Source of the DNA: Paraphysomonas bandaiensis
Lineage: Eukaryota > Protista > Chrysophyceae
Direction of reading: 5' to 3'
Assembly: GCA_965644295.1 (NCBI GenBank)
Contig: CBFFRP010000017.1
Location: 62,001 to 126,000 of the forward strand
DNA length: 64,000 nucleotides
This document shows, one piece after another, positions 35,801 through 47,997 of this stretch. The position numbers and the translations under genes were made by a program. The first letter of the stretch is position 1; the number at the start of each line of letters is the position of its first letter. The notes under the pieces are model-generated. The model was not told the origin of the DNA and ran no database searches. It saw only the letters and a list, made by a program, of their open reading frames with translations.

Positions 35801-37962
35801 TGTAGATAATATATTTTCATGCGGAGATTTGCCTAGGTATGACAAAAATTTCGATGAGTATAGCTGTGGTAGCCGCCAGTTGAATCGGTCGCTCTATATG
35901 TTGTGTGCTGTAATCGGATTTTTCGCGTTATTTGTTGCGTACTGTGTATGCATACTGTACTATGGAAACAAGACCAGGCGCCTGTTAGATCACAGTGTAA
36001 AAACACCCGTGCAAAGTTTTGTACTGACTTCATCTGAGATCATGACGAAAATACAGGCCTTTTTCTTCTACATCGATTTTTTACCGGACGCAAGTTTTCC
36101 TCACATTAGATATTTTTATCGATTGATGACTGGGATTAGAAACGGTGTTGTAATTCTTTCATGTCTTGGGGTAATTTTCTGTATGCCAATATACGTTCAG
36201 AAGGTGTTAGATGACGGCCTCGAAGATGGAAAATATTCTACACGCACAGAAATGTACATGTGGCTACTGTCAACGACATTTGTTACTGGACAAGCTCCTT
36301 GCGCGATATTGTTTAGTGCATGGATTGTGTGCATATGTACATTTGTCTACGGGTTTCATTACTGGAAACGTATACATCGTGTTTCAGTTCCCTTGCCTCC
36401 GAAACTAGGACCAACATCTTCAGACTCACATATCGGCCCCAATTTGTCCAGGCAATTGTTTGTGACAGCCCTCATGGCTGCAGTGAATGTTGTTGTTGTT
36501 GTGTTTGTAAATGTGATTTACATATACTCCACTTTCGTTACTCTTTCGGATAACAAGAAGCTATTGGCCCAGTTTTCGCTTGCTATTTTTAAATACGTCT
36601 GGAACTTTATTATTGTACCGGCGCTGTTTGCCAGACACTTACTTAACCCTGCTTATAGGTCTAGGCTGAAGCTCTGTATTCTGATATTTAACAGTATGCT
36701 GATCCCTTGCTTTGTCACCTTGTTTACAAGTCCATCATGCTACAGGGGATTACTTGAGGAGCAGAAAAGTATTCGCTCAGAATATGACTACTTTTTGTGT
36801 GACAATCATCGCGAAGGACACATTTTCGATTTTTGTACTCAGTTTACTTTGGTCCATGTTGAAGTAGTTCCAGTAACTCCGCCATTTACATATAACTACG
36901 AGTGTACTTCAGCGCTTCTCAAGAGTTACATTCCTGTTTTTATATACACTTATTGCTTCCAATTCATCCTCCCTCCTTTCGTGCTCTGGATTTTGACGAA
37001 GCTTTCGTACTTACGTCTTCCGGAATTTTTGCGGTTCGCTATGTTTGGTGTGCTATGGCCGAACCATTGGTCATCCGATTCAGATGGAATTGTTGAACGC
37101 CAATCTACACCTCATAAGTTGTTTAAGCTTGATTCCGTTCTCACAATGATAATGCATCATATAGTGATATTGTAAGTGAGCAACAACGTTTAATTATCTG
37201 TGGTGTTATATTTTTATAGGCTTACATTTGGGTTAACTTCCCCTTTTCTTGCAACTGCGATTGTGGCAACTGTTGGCTCCATGTCAGTTCAACACCGACT
37301 GTTAGTTGGAAGATTTGTGTTGACGCGGCTCAGTACATCGCGGCGAGATAGTGCCATATTGCGTAGATTTGACTCGAGAATAAGAGAAAGTGATGTTTTT
37401 ACATCGGTATTTCGGCCAAGCTTTGCCTGTCCCTCTGTTGGGAGAGATTGTACAGATATCGCATTAGTCACGCTGGAGAAGACACTTTCCACAACAGTTC
37501 CGATCTTGGAGTGTTGTATGTGGCCTGTGGTTATCGGAACATCGGTGTTTTTTGTATTCATATGTTGGGTAAGTTGAATAAGCCGTGTTTGTGCTCGCAT
37601 TGTTATTATTCGTGTAGGATATGGCTGGAGACGAGGTTGGATGGAGGCATTCGACGTGGGTTCCATGTGTTGTCATCAGTGTGCCATTTATGATTTGGGC
37701 AACTCGTTGGTTAATCCAATGGAGCTTTGCGCTAGGTATACGAACCAGAGCTGAAGATATCCCTAACGTTGAACACACCTTGGATGATAAAAATATGGCA
37801 ATGTCTCCGAATGGCAACATCACTCGTCAGCAATCTATCAAAGGTGTAAAAAATATATTAGAAATGAATGAAATATATGATCGGGATAGTGGTAAGTGCT
37901 CACTGACAACTGGAACTGAATCGCCGATACATTCACGAGTATACTCGGACATCAACCTGTAG
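32867..37962 (+). CDS. Large extracellular LRR protein with a C-terminal multipass membrane domain (~10 TM), multi-exon
   Basis: Signal peptide; LRR N-cap (W..DPC..WQGLEC); roughly 30 plant-type 24-aa LRRs (LxxLxLxxNxLTGTIPxELG); then hydrophobic helices in ORFs 35829-37175, 37200-37577 and 37621-37962. No kinase domain. Confidence 0.88.
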
Positions 37963-38569
37963 TTCTTTTATCCCTCATAGAAGATATTTTACCAACTTGT
38001 GCGTGTCAGCTGTTCGTAGGATTAGTTTTTGTGCGTTGTGATAATGGGTACTTTTTTAATATTCGTTTCCCTACGTGTGGTATCAATATTACTGATCTAG
38101 CCTACCCGAAACATGTGACGGCCATGTCTCCCGTACCAAGGCGCAACCACAAGGTGGGCCCATTCCTGGATGCCTGTTTATTCGTTCAGGGCCTGGTAAC
38201 CGTTAATGGTAATGCCATTATTATTGCCGGGAACTGGATTACCATTAATAGAATGTACTGGTGGTTGGTATATGCTATATATAATATATAGAAAAAGGCG
38301 AAATCTAAACAATATGTAAACAATATGCAACTCTACAGCTACTTTGTCGAAACTTTATTCTTTATCAGCGGCAAGCTTAAGAGTTAGAAAATTGTTTCCT
38401 GAGCAACAACGTACTCTTACTCAGAAACTCCAAAAAAGCATTGAAAGTATGCATATTTACCTAGAAAACATTCATAAAAATATTCTTATAAAATAACTAT
38501 ACCTATACCACATACATATCAAGCAAAGATGGTGGTCAAAATATTAATGGCAGTGTAATTTACAGAGCC

Positions 38570-38975
38570 TTCTTCCGAGTGAATTCTAAGTATCACCGAA
38601 TCACCTTTCTTCGAACTTTATGTTGGTTTTCTGACACTGAGCAAGCCAACTGGTATAGATCTAAAGACGCTTAAGAATGCCAGTTTGCTCTCATCCGACA
38701 GCAATCACGACCAAAGTGCAGGACTGATTTTGCACAGGGTGTTCTGGATAGCGCCGAGGTCACCAAGAAAGCTCATATCGAAGCACAATCTAATGTTGTT
38801 GTTGAGAGGCTCTGGAGTCGTGCAAAGTTGATTATGACACCTGAGCGTAAAAGTATGAATCCATATTGTCTAGAATCTTTGCTATATTCTTGTTGCGTTT
38901 TGCGGGATGCTTATGCCCTCCATCATGAAGCTCTGCAAGAAGATCCTGATGTGCCAATGGAAAGCGAGAAGTAGT
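38570..38975 (+). mobile_element. hAT transposase relic (C-terminal dimerisation domain)
   Basis: 38789-38890 reads SNVVVERLWSRAKLIMTPERKSMNPYCLESLLY, the hAT dimerisation consensus. Possible degenerate TIRs at ~38188 (cagggcctggtaa) and ~39150 (ttaccagg). Confidence 0.75.
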
Positions 38976-39256
38976 TACGATTCGTAGTCTGTTATTACTT
39001 AAGAGAGCACTACACTATCTATATGAGAGGTATTATCTATTTATAGGTGTTAATGGCAATTAGTGTTAAGGAAAGAGTACGATTGGATTTAAATAGCTTT
39101 AATATCAAGTGTTTTCATATTTCACGATTGAATTTATATTGTTTTTTATTACCAGGACAGAACTTTTTCAGTAAATCACACTGAGCATCGACAATCCACA
39201 TGTCAATATGGCCCTTTTCTATTGTTGCGTTTTGGTGTTTGTGAGCAGTGGAAATA

Positions 39257-39773
39257 TATTGAAAGTCTTATTATTAGCAATAGGCGTTAAAAAGCTGCAC
39301 CAACTTAGTAGCTAGATGAATGCTAGACAAACTAGTTAGACCTCTACCTGTAACTAATCAGTACACACTTTTTTTATCCTACTGTATTTAACGTTACGAA
39401 AGCTGCTTGTGCGTCGCCGCAAGCACCAAGGCACGACCACTTCCACTCTGAGTTCTTATGGTGAACATCCCGGACAGATGCTTGACTTCAGCTGGCAGCC
39501 CAATACCCCGGTTACCCTTCAGGTGGGCCCTGTTCCCCGGATGCCTTTGAGGTGGGCCCCTTCCCGGATGCTTGTTTATTCGTCAGGACCCAAAGACGTC
39601 TACACAAGTGACACTTATTGGTGTACCTTGTACCACACAAACATTCGGCTATGAGTGGGCAGAAGAATATCTGCTGACTATGTTTGCGGCTCACGTTAGT
39701 TTCCCAGAGAGAATCTCTCCGGTACTTATCTCCCAGAACACCACGAAAAGGTGCGAGTCCGACTTTGTTGAGG
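39257..39773 (-). mobile_element. SINE-like non-autonomous retroelement, full-length type copy
   Basis: High identity to the 52570 and 19349 copies; possible decayed TSD GAGCAGTGGAAA (39243) / GAGCAATAGAAA (39774). Confidence 0.9.
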
Positions 39774-40081
39774 GAGCAATAGAAAGCTCTAGTTTTTAGG
39801 TATTTGAACAATGACCGACTTAAAATACACAACTCTTACTTTTTGTAAGTTGGATAATAATATAATATATACAGAATATTATATATATATAATTGCTGTG
39901 ATTAGATAAATTTACATGGTGTGAAAAAGACATATTAGTTTTTAGACTAACTACTTGCTACCCTCTATAACCATCTCTCATTAAAAAAATCATGATAGAT
40001 GTATATCAATGTCTTCATGTCTACTACCGCACATTATTCAGACACGCTAATATTTTACATTTACACGATATGATAACTATT

Positions 40082-43000
40082 TTATTCTTTCTGAGAACTG
40101 CAGTCCAGAACAGGTGTAAAAGGATTGGATAAATTCTCAGTTTCATCGACCGCACTAACCCAAGAAGAAATTTGCTTCTGAAAAGAACGTCTTTCCTCTT
40201 CATTCATTACTGGAGTGCTGACTGATGATGCTTGCTGCTTATCAAGTATCTCCTTTTTCTTTTTAGGTGCTTTCTTATTAGGTGTATTGAGTTTCTCATT
40301 TTTCGACTGCAATCGCTCCAAATGCCTCTTGTATGCAGCACCACCCCTACCGACAAGGGACGTACGAACAACCTTTGGTTTCTTTGCTTTCGTTTTCTTC
40401 GAAAGGTTAATAGGCGGCTTGGCCACGGGTAACTTCTTTGAGTGAACATTAGCAGTATTCTTATTCTCATCATTGTCATCGACATAGCCTAGGTCTGGAA
40501 CAGGAGAGGATCTAGGTGTTGCTTGATGAGTATGTTTACGAGTGGAAGACAGGGCATCTTTGGATGGAGAGTTTTTGCTAAACCAAGGCCTATTGTCATC
40601 TCCAATTGTGGGTAGACTCTTATTCATCGGGGGAGTTGACGGAGCTGGCCCAGAAGGTACAGATTTTTTACCTCGAAATAAACTAAATTTTCCTGAGGGA
40701 GATCCAGGAGACGATGGTGCTTCAGATGTATTGCCTCTACCCCTGAATAATTTCCACATGGATGATCTCTTCCTGGACACAGGATTTTCATGGCCAACTG
40801 TCGTGGAATCGCTAGCAATATTCACGGGGTCAACCAGGTCTTCAAGCAAAGACGCGGGACGTCGGCTGGGTGGCCGCTTTCGTGGTGACTCAGCTCTTAG
40901 AGATGGTGCTGTATCTAAGCTACTCAACGGAGGATCACAAGACAAGGGTGATGAGTTGTTGCTGTGTACAGTATCTTGTGGTGGTGTACATAAATTCTCA
41001 CTCTCGGTATAACTTAGAGTCTTCTTACAAGGAGATGTTGCAGAGGCAATATTTGGTGATATATCTCTGGGTGTAGGTGGCTTGGGAGGAAGTGGTGCTG
41101 ATGGTAGTCCTACATATGGAGAATGACCTGGACTTGTATTAAGAACAGCATGAGGTGGAGTAGGCGGTAAACTCAATGGAGAGTGATGTGGGGAAGGAGT
41201 ATCAGGGATCGCCATAACTTGTCGACCACATGAGAGTATTGGAAGAGCACGAGGAGGCGATACTCCATTGCCATTAGGTGTCACCGATGTTAGGTCATTA
41301 GGAGATTGATTAAAAGGAGATAAATGAGGCGTTTTCCTCAAGAGTGGAGCTGCTCTTGCAGGCATAGGATTACTTTGAGGTGAGGTCTTTGAGTATTTAG
41401 GGGGAGCACTACCAAATGGAGTCTGGAGAAGTGATGCTCGACCTTCACGAGTTGACTTCGACAAATCATTTTGGGCCATTGATGATGAGCCATTGTCAGT
41501 CGAAACCTTAGCCTCGAAGCAGTCCATACACGAATTGGTCGACAGTGTGTCTGTGAGTTGAGAAACTTCACTACTGTGTGTGTCAGTTCTCGATAACGTG
41601 TTTTTAGTGGTCTTTTCGTTATTGTCAAAACCAAATTCCGTTGTTGAAAGCAGTGCATTCTTTCGCGGAGATGAAAGCTTCGTAATTGGGGTACTAGATT
41701 TAATTTGCCACTCCTCATCATCATCTAACTCACTGGTGTATGTATGAACATCTTCATCACCATTTGTAGATAAGCTGTGTTGAGTCAGGCGTGTAAGTAC
41801 AGAGGGCGCAACACTGCGCATATCTGCTAATGATCGCGCAAAGGAATTTTGTCGTACCGGACCAGGACCACCACAAGTGTTAAATTTACAAGGTTGAGGG
41901 TTTCTACTGGAACGAACTGACCGCTCGTCCTCAGACGATGAAGATGATGACTGGGACAAGAGGGTAGCCATTTCAGGTGATTGGGTGACTGTCATCTGTC
42001 GATGCGACATGTCCAGTACTGAATCTAGTGGATCATTATAACCCAGGCTTTGTTGATGCTGTAAGCCACTCAGTAGCATGTTATTTGCGTGGGAAGCACT
42101 ACTTCCACTGCGCAAAAACTCAAAGGGGTCTGATGCCAGCGTAGTCGAATGCAGCTCACTGTTTGTTCTCATAAACTGTTCGCGACGATAAAAGGATTGT
42201 GAAGGGGGCTGTTGAGACTTTTCACCATCCATAGATTTACAATCTACTTCATCAGATTTAGACTTCAATCTTAGATTTTTTTCAATGTTGGGTGTCGGTG
42301 TCAGGCGATTAGAGCGGTCCTGCTTTATTCTTGACGCCTCAAATTCACACATCTCAGAAACCGACAAGAAACTGTTGTATTGATGAGTTAAACACGCATG
42401 TGGCCTGTGAAAATCACATTACAGGTACTAAAATTACACCAATAGTGTCATACTTGTTATTCCGATCTTCTGTCTTTTGAGCTCTCTTTCGACGAATTAA
42501 ATTCCTAAACGCAATGTAAGCTTGTATATTATACAAACGCATACGTATGTACTTGTTTCGCTCTTGATCTCTCTGAACAGAGAGAGGCACACGGTCAATG
42601 GAAGCATGCAGCAAATATTTAAAAAGCAGCATTATATGCTCGTACGCAAATAAAAACAATGCAATAACGCCTGGAAATAAAGAGTCATAGTTGTACGAAA
42701 TTATAAATCACCATACCTGTTCCACAAAAGTAAAAAATACTCTTCAGTTGGCTACTTGTAAACAACAAGAGGCAACAATTCGTCAAAATCCCTGAACAAG
42801 CTTTTAGTAGAGCAAAACATTCCGAGTTATCCATACCTATTACAGACATAATTTGCAGTACATCTTCCCATACACCTAAGCCACCAATTTTTTTTGCGAT
42901 AGGTCTATAAAAATGTTAAACAATCTCAAATAGAACAAATTGCGAACTACCTCTTTCTCGTGTACATTAACTTCGCCGCATCAATACGAATAAAAAATAA

Positions 43001-46000
43001 ATTATTGATGACAGCAATTATTGGAGCCAGAGGAAATACTGCCCCAAAAAGAAGTACAAATCCCAGTTGTAATATAACTTGTGTGTAATCTTCAATCGCC
43101 TAAATTTTCAAGGGTTATTCGACTTTAAAACCGGTATAATTTAAACATACAGTGTAGTCTTCCTTTAGCGCCTCACTCCAACAGGCAGACTTTGCTTCTG
43201 CATGGTACTTTTCTCGTCGTTCAATGAGGATCCTTTGTGCATTTGAGTTGCTCTCGCTGGTTTTATCAAATGCAAATTCAGTTGCCCACTTTGCTGCCCA
43301 TATAAGTCGATTAGTTTTAGATACAGCCAACGTCATGCGATAAAGCTTGAAGCGATGAATCCACGCAGGGATAGAAGTTGCAAGAAATTTCGACCACCAA
43401 TCCCCAACAGTCATGAGAGCAAATATACTCATGCACATCTTTAGATAAGCCTCCTAAAAAATGTCAGTTAGTATACACGTTTTCGAAGAATATGGCTACT
43501 CTTGCACCTCAGAGTCGTCGACATAAACTGCATAGTAGTATACTGGCGTGAAAACAGCAACAAATTTAAAACAAAATATCTTGAGAATAAGTCTGTTCCA
43601 GTAAGTTGATTCCTTGCGATGATTTTCATAGTTGGTGAGTACAAATGCAGCCCTATCAACAAACTCCGACACTATAGCGACAAGCAAACCGTACATTGAG
43701 GGGTAGTATAATAGTGTCATCCAAAACTCAAAGTCCAATGAAATAGCTTTATTGAGCTTGAATCCCGGATCTCCACTTGTCACAGTTGAGTTCTGACCAC
43801 TATAATCTCCAGGTAAGAAAAGAATACTTGGTTTAGGAACAAAATCGAGATCTTCTCCCTGATCGTACGCCTCAGAGAGTCTGTCTTGAGACAAAAGAAC
43901 CACCATCATGACAAGAAGCATGCCAAAAGTCAATAAAAGCATTGTAGGAACTGCAACACAGTACTTGAGCAGTCTTTTCCTAGGGGAATACACCTTGCGC
44001 ATCTCTTTTGTTGTTGGGTCAAAAACTGATCTTCCGTGGAATTGCGGCCGTTCGGTTTCCTCCATTTCAAACCCAAGTACTCCCCATCTATATGCCAAAG
44101 CTGACTGTTTCTGCCTCCAAAACACCAGCATCAGCGATGCCCATAAAACTATAAACACACCGTATGGTATACAAATCCAGTGGTCGAGTTGTCGGGATGA
44201 CACTTGTACCGCAAATACAACAATTCCAAGAACGGAGGGGACAATCAACCACCGCGTAAAGAATGCCACCCAAGCGAAGTAAAAGGCTACACTCTCACCA
44301 TAATACTCGGCCACTTGATCAAGAGGTTGATTTAGTAGTCCGTGGTAAAAGTAGACAACGGAGTTCATGAGGCGACGAAAGGTAACGCTCAGAGGTGTGG
44401 AGAACGGTGACCATGGCGGCGAAATTTCGCCAGGTTTCTCTACTTTCCAGAAAAATATCCATGAATTCTTCAAATCATGAAGCCGAGAATCCATGTGAAG
44501 TGGAAACCTCTGTACTATACTTGCTCCAAGAGGGGTGTCTTCATCAAGTTCCGCACCTCCATCTTTTATTTTGCTTCGGAGAATGAAATCTATTACCCGC
44601 TGCCTCTCGGATGATCGAAAGATAGTACCGTCAAAGCTGTTATGAACAAAGAGCTCTCGTTGAGATATTTTGAATCTTTTGTAGCCTCCAGTGCGCAGCC
44701 TCAGTCGAACATGCATACGCTCAGCAACTTCCTCCAGTCGCCAACTAGGACATCGGATCTTGAGAATAACTCTCCTCAGGTCCCAAGAGAATACTGGTTT
44801 CACTTCTAGCCCTGCCATCCGTAGGCGGGCCCATATTTGAGTCCCTTTGCTGTGCCAGCCTAGAAATTGAGCGGGTGGCTGCAAATGTGCTTTCTTCTCG
44901 GCGTACTGAAGAATTTCTTTACCTCTTACCCCACTTCGCTTCGATTTGGCTCGACCACATTCCTCGTCCTCGCTGTCACACTCAGGGAAAAACATCATCG
45001 CAATTGGATCGGATTTATCATATTGCCATTGCATTCCTTGCTTTGCTGGACTATTCAATGCTGACTTCATTCCTGCCAGCAACTTCTGAGGGCTACGTCT
45101 AAAAGTTTTATCGATGCCGGTCGACAAAACTCTATATATTTCCGACCGCTGTCCCTCCACGCACAGGTTGTGTTCTGCTGATGCCTCTGCCACGGCGCGA
45201 CGAAGAAGAATAAAACCACCCAAAAGGGAAAAATATACCTCTTCATTATCACATTCAATATCAAGAGTCGATACTGATGTGCCGAACATGCAGCTTACGA
45301 CAACTGAGAAAGAAAGTGATGGGTTGTATTCATCCAAACTCCCGCGGAAATTAGCAGTTGCTGTGTTTCCTGGACATGTTGGGTCTTCCTCATTCGCGGA
45401 CTGTACGTAAAGCAAATTCACTATGCGAAACGATCCATGTCGCTTGAACCCAGGGTTAAATCGAGAATTCCATTCTGCAGATTCAGCGAGTCCAGTACTT
45501 GCTCGCATATCCTGTCTGCGGTGTCCCACTACCCCTCTGAACAACCCGTCACCACAGCCACAGAACCTTACACAGTTTTCCATTGTGACCTCGCCTATAT
45601 CTTCAGAGCCTGACATGATTTCAGTAGTAGATCCCCATCGTTTAGATCTCAGATAGCTTCGAAGACGAGGAGATTCCTTCGAATAAAACACAGTTTAAAA
45701 AAATTACTACAAGCCATTAATACATACGTCTGGTTCCCAGAATATTGAACTACAATCTGGGGTTTCAATGGAGGAAGTCGAAACTCCAAGAAAAGATGAT
45801 TTGGTGCTCAGAGATATCATCTCTGCATTCTTACCACTCTGATGGCGCCGTACACTAACTCCATTAGCCAGGAGCTGTCTAAATTTTTCTTGTATTTGTT
45901 CTTGGCTACAGATATTCTCATCCAAATAAGCTTGACTGGTACTACAAGTGCACATTAGCCAGTATAATTATATATCATAGTTTTACCGTCTTGAGAGGGC

Positions 46001-46414
46001 CTCAACCCATCGCTGCCTCTTGCTCAACCGCAGCATACTCTGTATGAAGGTTGACTTTTCAATCTGATCGTCGTCTTCAAGAGCGGACTCCGCACCATCA
46101 TCATACGCCTCACTCGTATTCGTATCAAACGTTGATAGGGATGTGCTGTCGTTAATGTTCGTGATGTCAACTTCAGAGAAATCAGAAATGTTGGTGTTTT
46201 TTGCGGCGACAAGTCTATACACAGTTGTGTTAGCACATCCCAATCACAGGATACCGAGCATCCTTCACCTGTATTCATCATCGGGCATCAGCTCAAGAGC
46301 ATAGTCGTAATCATCCTCATTGTGGGCATTAGAGGGTCTTCCGATTCCCGCACATGCTGTGAACTCTTCGTCGAAAGAATAGGAAAAACCTTTACTCAAA
46401 AACTTAAGAGCCAT
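40082..46414 (-). CDS. Anoctamin/TMEM16 family protein with PH-like N-terminal region and ~760-aa disordered C-tail, multi-exon
   Basis: FRSSERQRVI, FPLH, QPLDQVAEYYGESVAFYFAWVAFFTRWL, ETERPQF, LTNYENHRKESTY..LILKIF, QLGFVLLFGAVFPLAP...IRIDAAKL, IAKKIGGLGVW, FAYEH. Confidence 0.92.
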
Positions 46415-47264
46415 GCCAGAAACTAATAGTAATACTCTGCGCGGTAGGCTTATTGCATATGAAGGCGATGATATGAGCTCATGTATCAACCTCCGTATGT
46501 AGTTCAGTAACTATAAGAAGTGCAGTTGTTATTGAATTGGCATACGAGAACTTTTGCAAGACTTTTGCATCCACTTCGAGTTCCACATACACTATTTGCT
46601 ATACATATACATACATATACATAATTTCATCATCACAACGGTCACATCGCCTCTGGACATACATACGGACCAAAAGGGATACGGGAGAAAAGGGATACGG
46701 TATCCTCAACTACGACAATACGGTCCTACTCTGTAGTTTTGTTGACATGGGTCAAATTTTGACAGTATTCTTAGAATAGAATACAACTCTGGAATACGGC
46801 ACGAAGTATGTGATCTCAAGATCGTAGGAATCGAATCCTAGTGTTGACAGTCGACATGAACAGCTTGACAACACTCACAGAGTCCAGACCTGCCTGTGGG
46901 AAACGAAAAAGCTCACGATTCTCTTTTTCTCAATGGTAGTCATGTATTCATGAATTTATTCTGGGATATTTGAGTCTGGACTTCGCTCTGTCATGAAATT
47001 CAGTGTGTTATACTCAACTGCACTATTTTTAGACTGTTATCTGTGGAACAAGTGCAGTGAAGAGTATAAAGACCACTAATATGCAGATCGCATTCTACTA
47101 AGCTCACACTACACTTGTATGTGTTGAGGCCAGAAGCAGAACTGACCAATTGATAATTCCAATTGCATTTATGAACATTAACTTCAGACTATTGCGTCAA
47201 CTACAACCTATTCCTTATTGCGAGGTGTATTTGTCCTTTCTTCGATTACACTGTTACTGAAGGG

Positions 47265-47368
47265 CAGGGCAGCGTCACAAATTAATAAATTGCAGTTAAT
47301 TGTTTCGATAATTGAAATTGGGACAACAAATAATAAGTGCAATTTTAATTGACAACAACGCAGCCCTG
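47265..47368. mobile_element. 104-bp hAT-type MITE
   Basis: CAGGGCAGCGT...ACGCAGCCCTG; TSD CTGAAGGG / CAGAAGGG (7/8). Confidence 0.82.
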
Positions 47369-47417
47369 CAGAAGGGTACTATATTTTGTATTTCTCGTCA
47401 TTAAAGTTTGGGTAGTA

Positions 47418-47710
47418 TGTTGGAATACGTATGTTTCTCTAAGATAATACTGTAGAATACGTTAAATACAATGTAAAAAACAGTAATGCGTAGTCAAATA
47501 TACAATATACTATATAGCTATAACTGTGCACCTGAAGTATAGTATCATCATGACGATTCAAGATACGGAAGTTGAGCAGTGGCAGACATGAACGAAATAT
47601 ATTATCATGTTGTTGACATGTTTACAACACACAATTGTGTATGCAATAAACTATTTTGATTACAATAAATTTCTCTTAACGATCATAATTGTTTGAAAGT
47701 GACCAATAGT
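47418..47710 (+). mobile_element. Probable solo LTR (~290 bp) of the copia-like family
   Basis: Starts TGTTGG and ends near gaccaatagt; other copies adjoin gag relics (13139, 21466). No unambiguous TSD. Confidence 0.7.
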
Positions 47711-47997
47711 ATGAATACAGTACCAAGCTCAGAAATATTGAAGAAAGTCATTGAGATTGGTAATGTAACCTTTATTATATATTCTCATTAGGTAATAAAA
47801 TTTACGGTGTCTTTCGGTAATAAAAGTATTAATCAGCTTGCTATTATGTCCATACATTTTATTATGCATATTGCTACGCAAGTCTGTAGTACATGCGTTT
47901 TACAATAAGAAATTTACTTTCTTAATAACAAGTTACATTTATGAGACAAGCTGTAATTCAATTCACGAATGCTACAAAAATGAGCAAAATAATACCA

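Noticed and set aside
39575-39710. Hammerhead ribozyme (CUGACGA plus GAAAC...GUC on the minus strand)
   Set aside because: Stems II and III cannot be formed, and CUGANGA is not conserved (CUGACAA in the 19.3-kb copy).
39512-39832. Cys-rich ORF (CPLIAECLCGTRYTNKCHLC) recurring at 19577 as a small zinc-finger gene
   Set aside because: It recurs only because it lies within the SINE-like repeat. Starts differ between copies, the opposite strand is also open, and other copies are disrupted.
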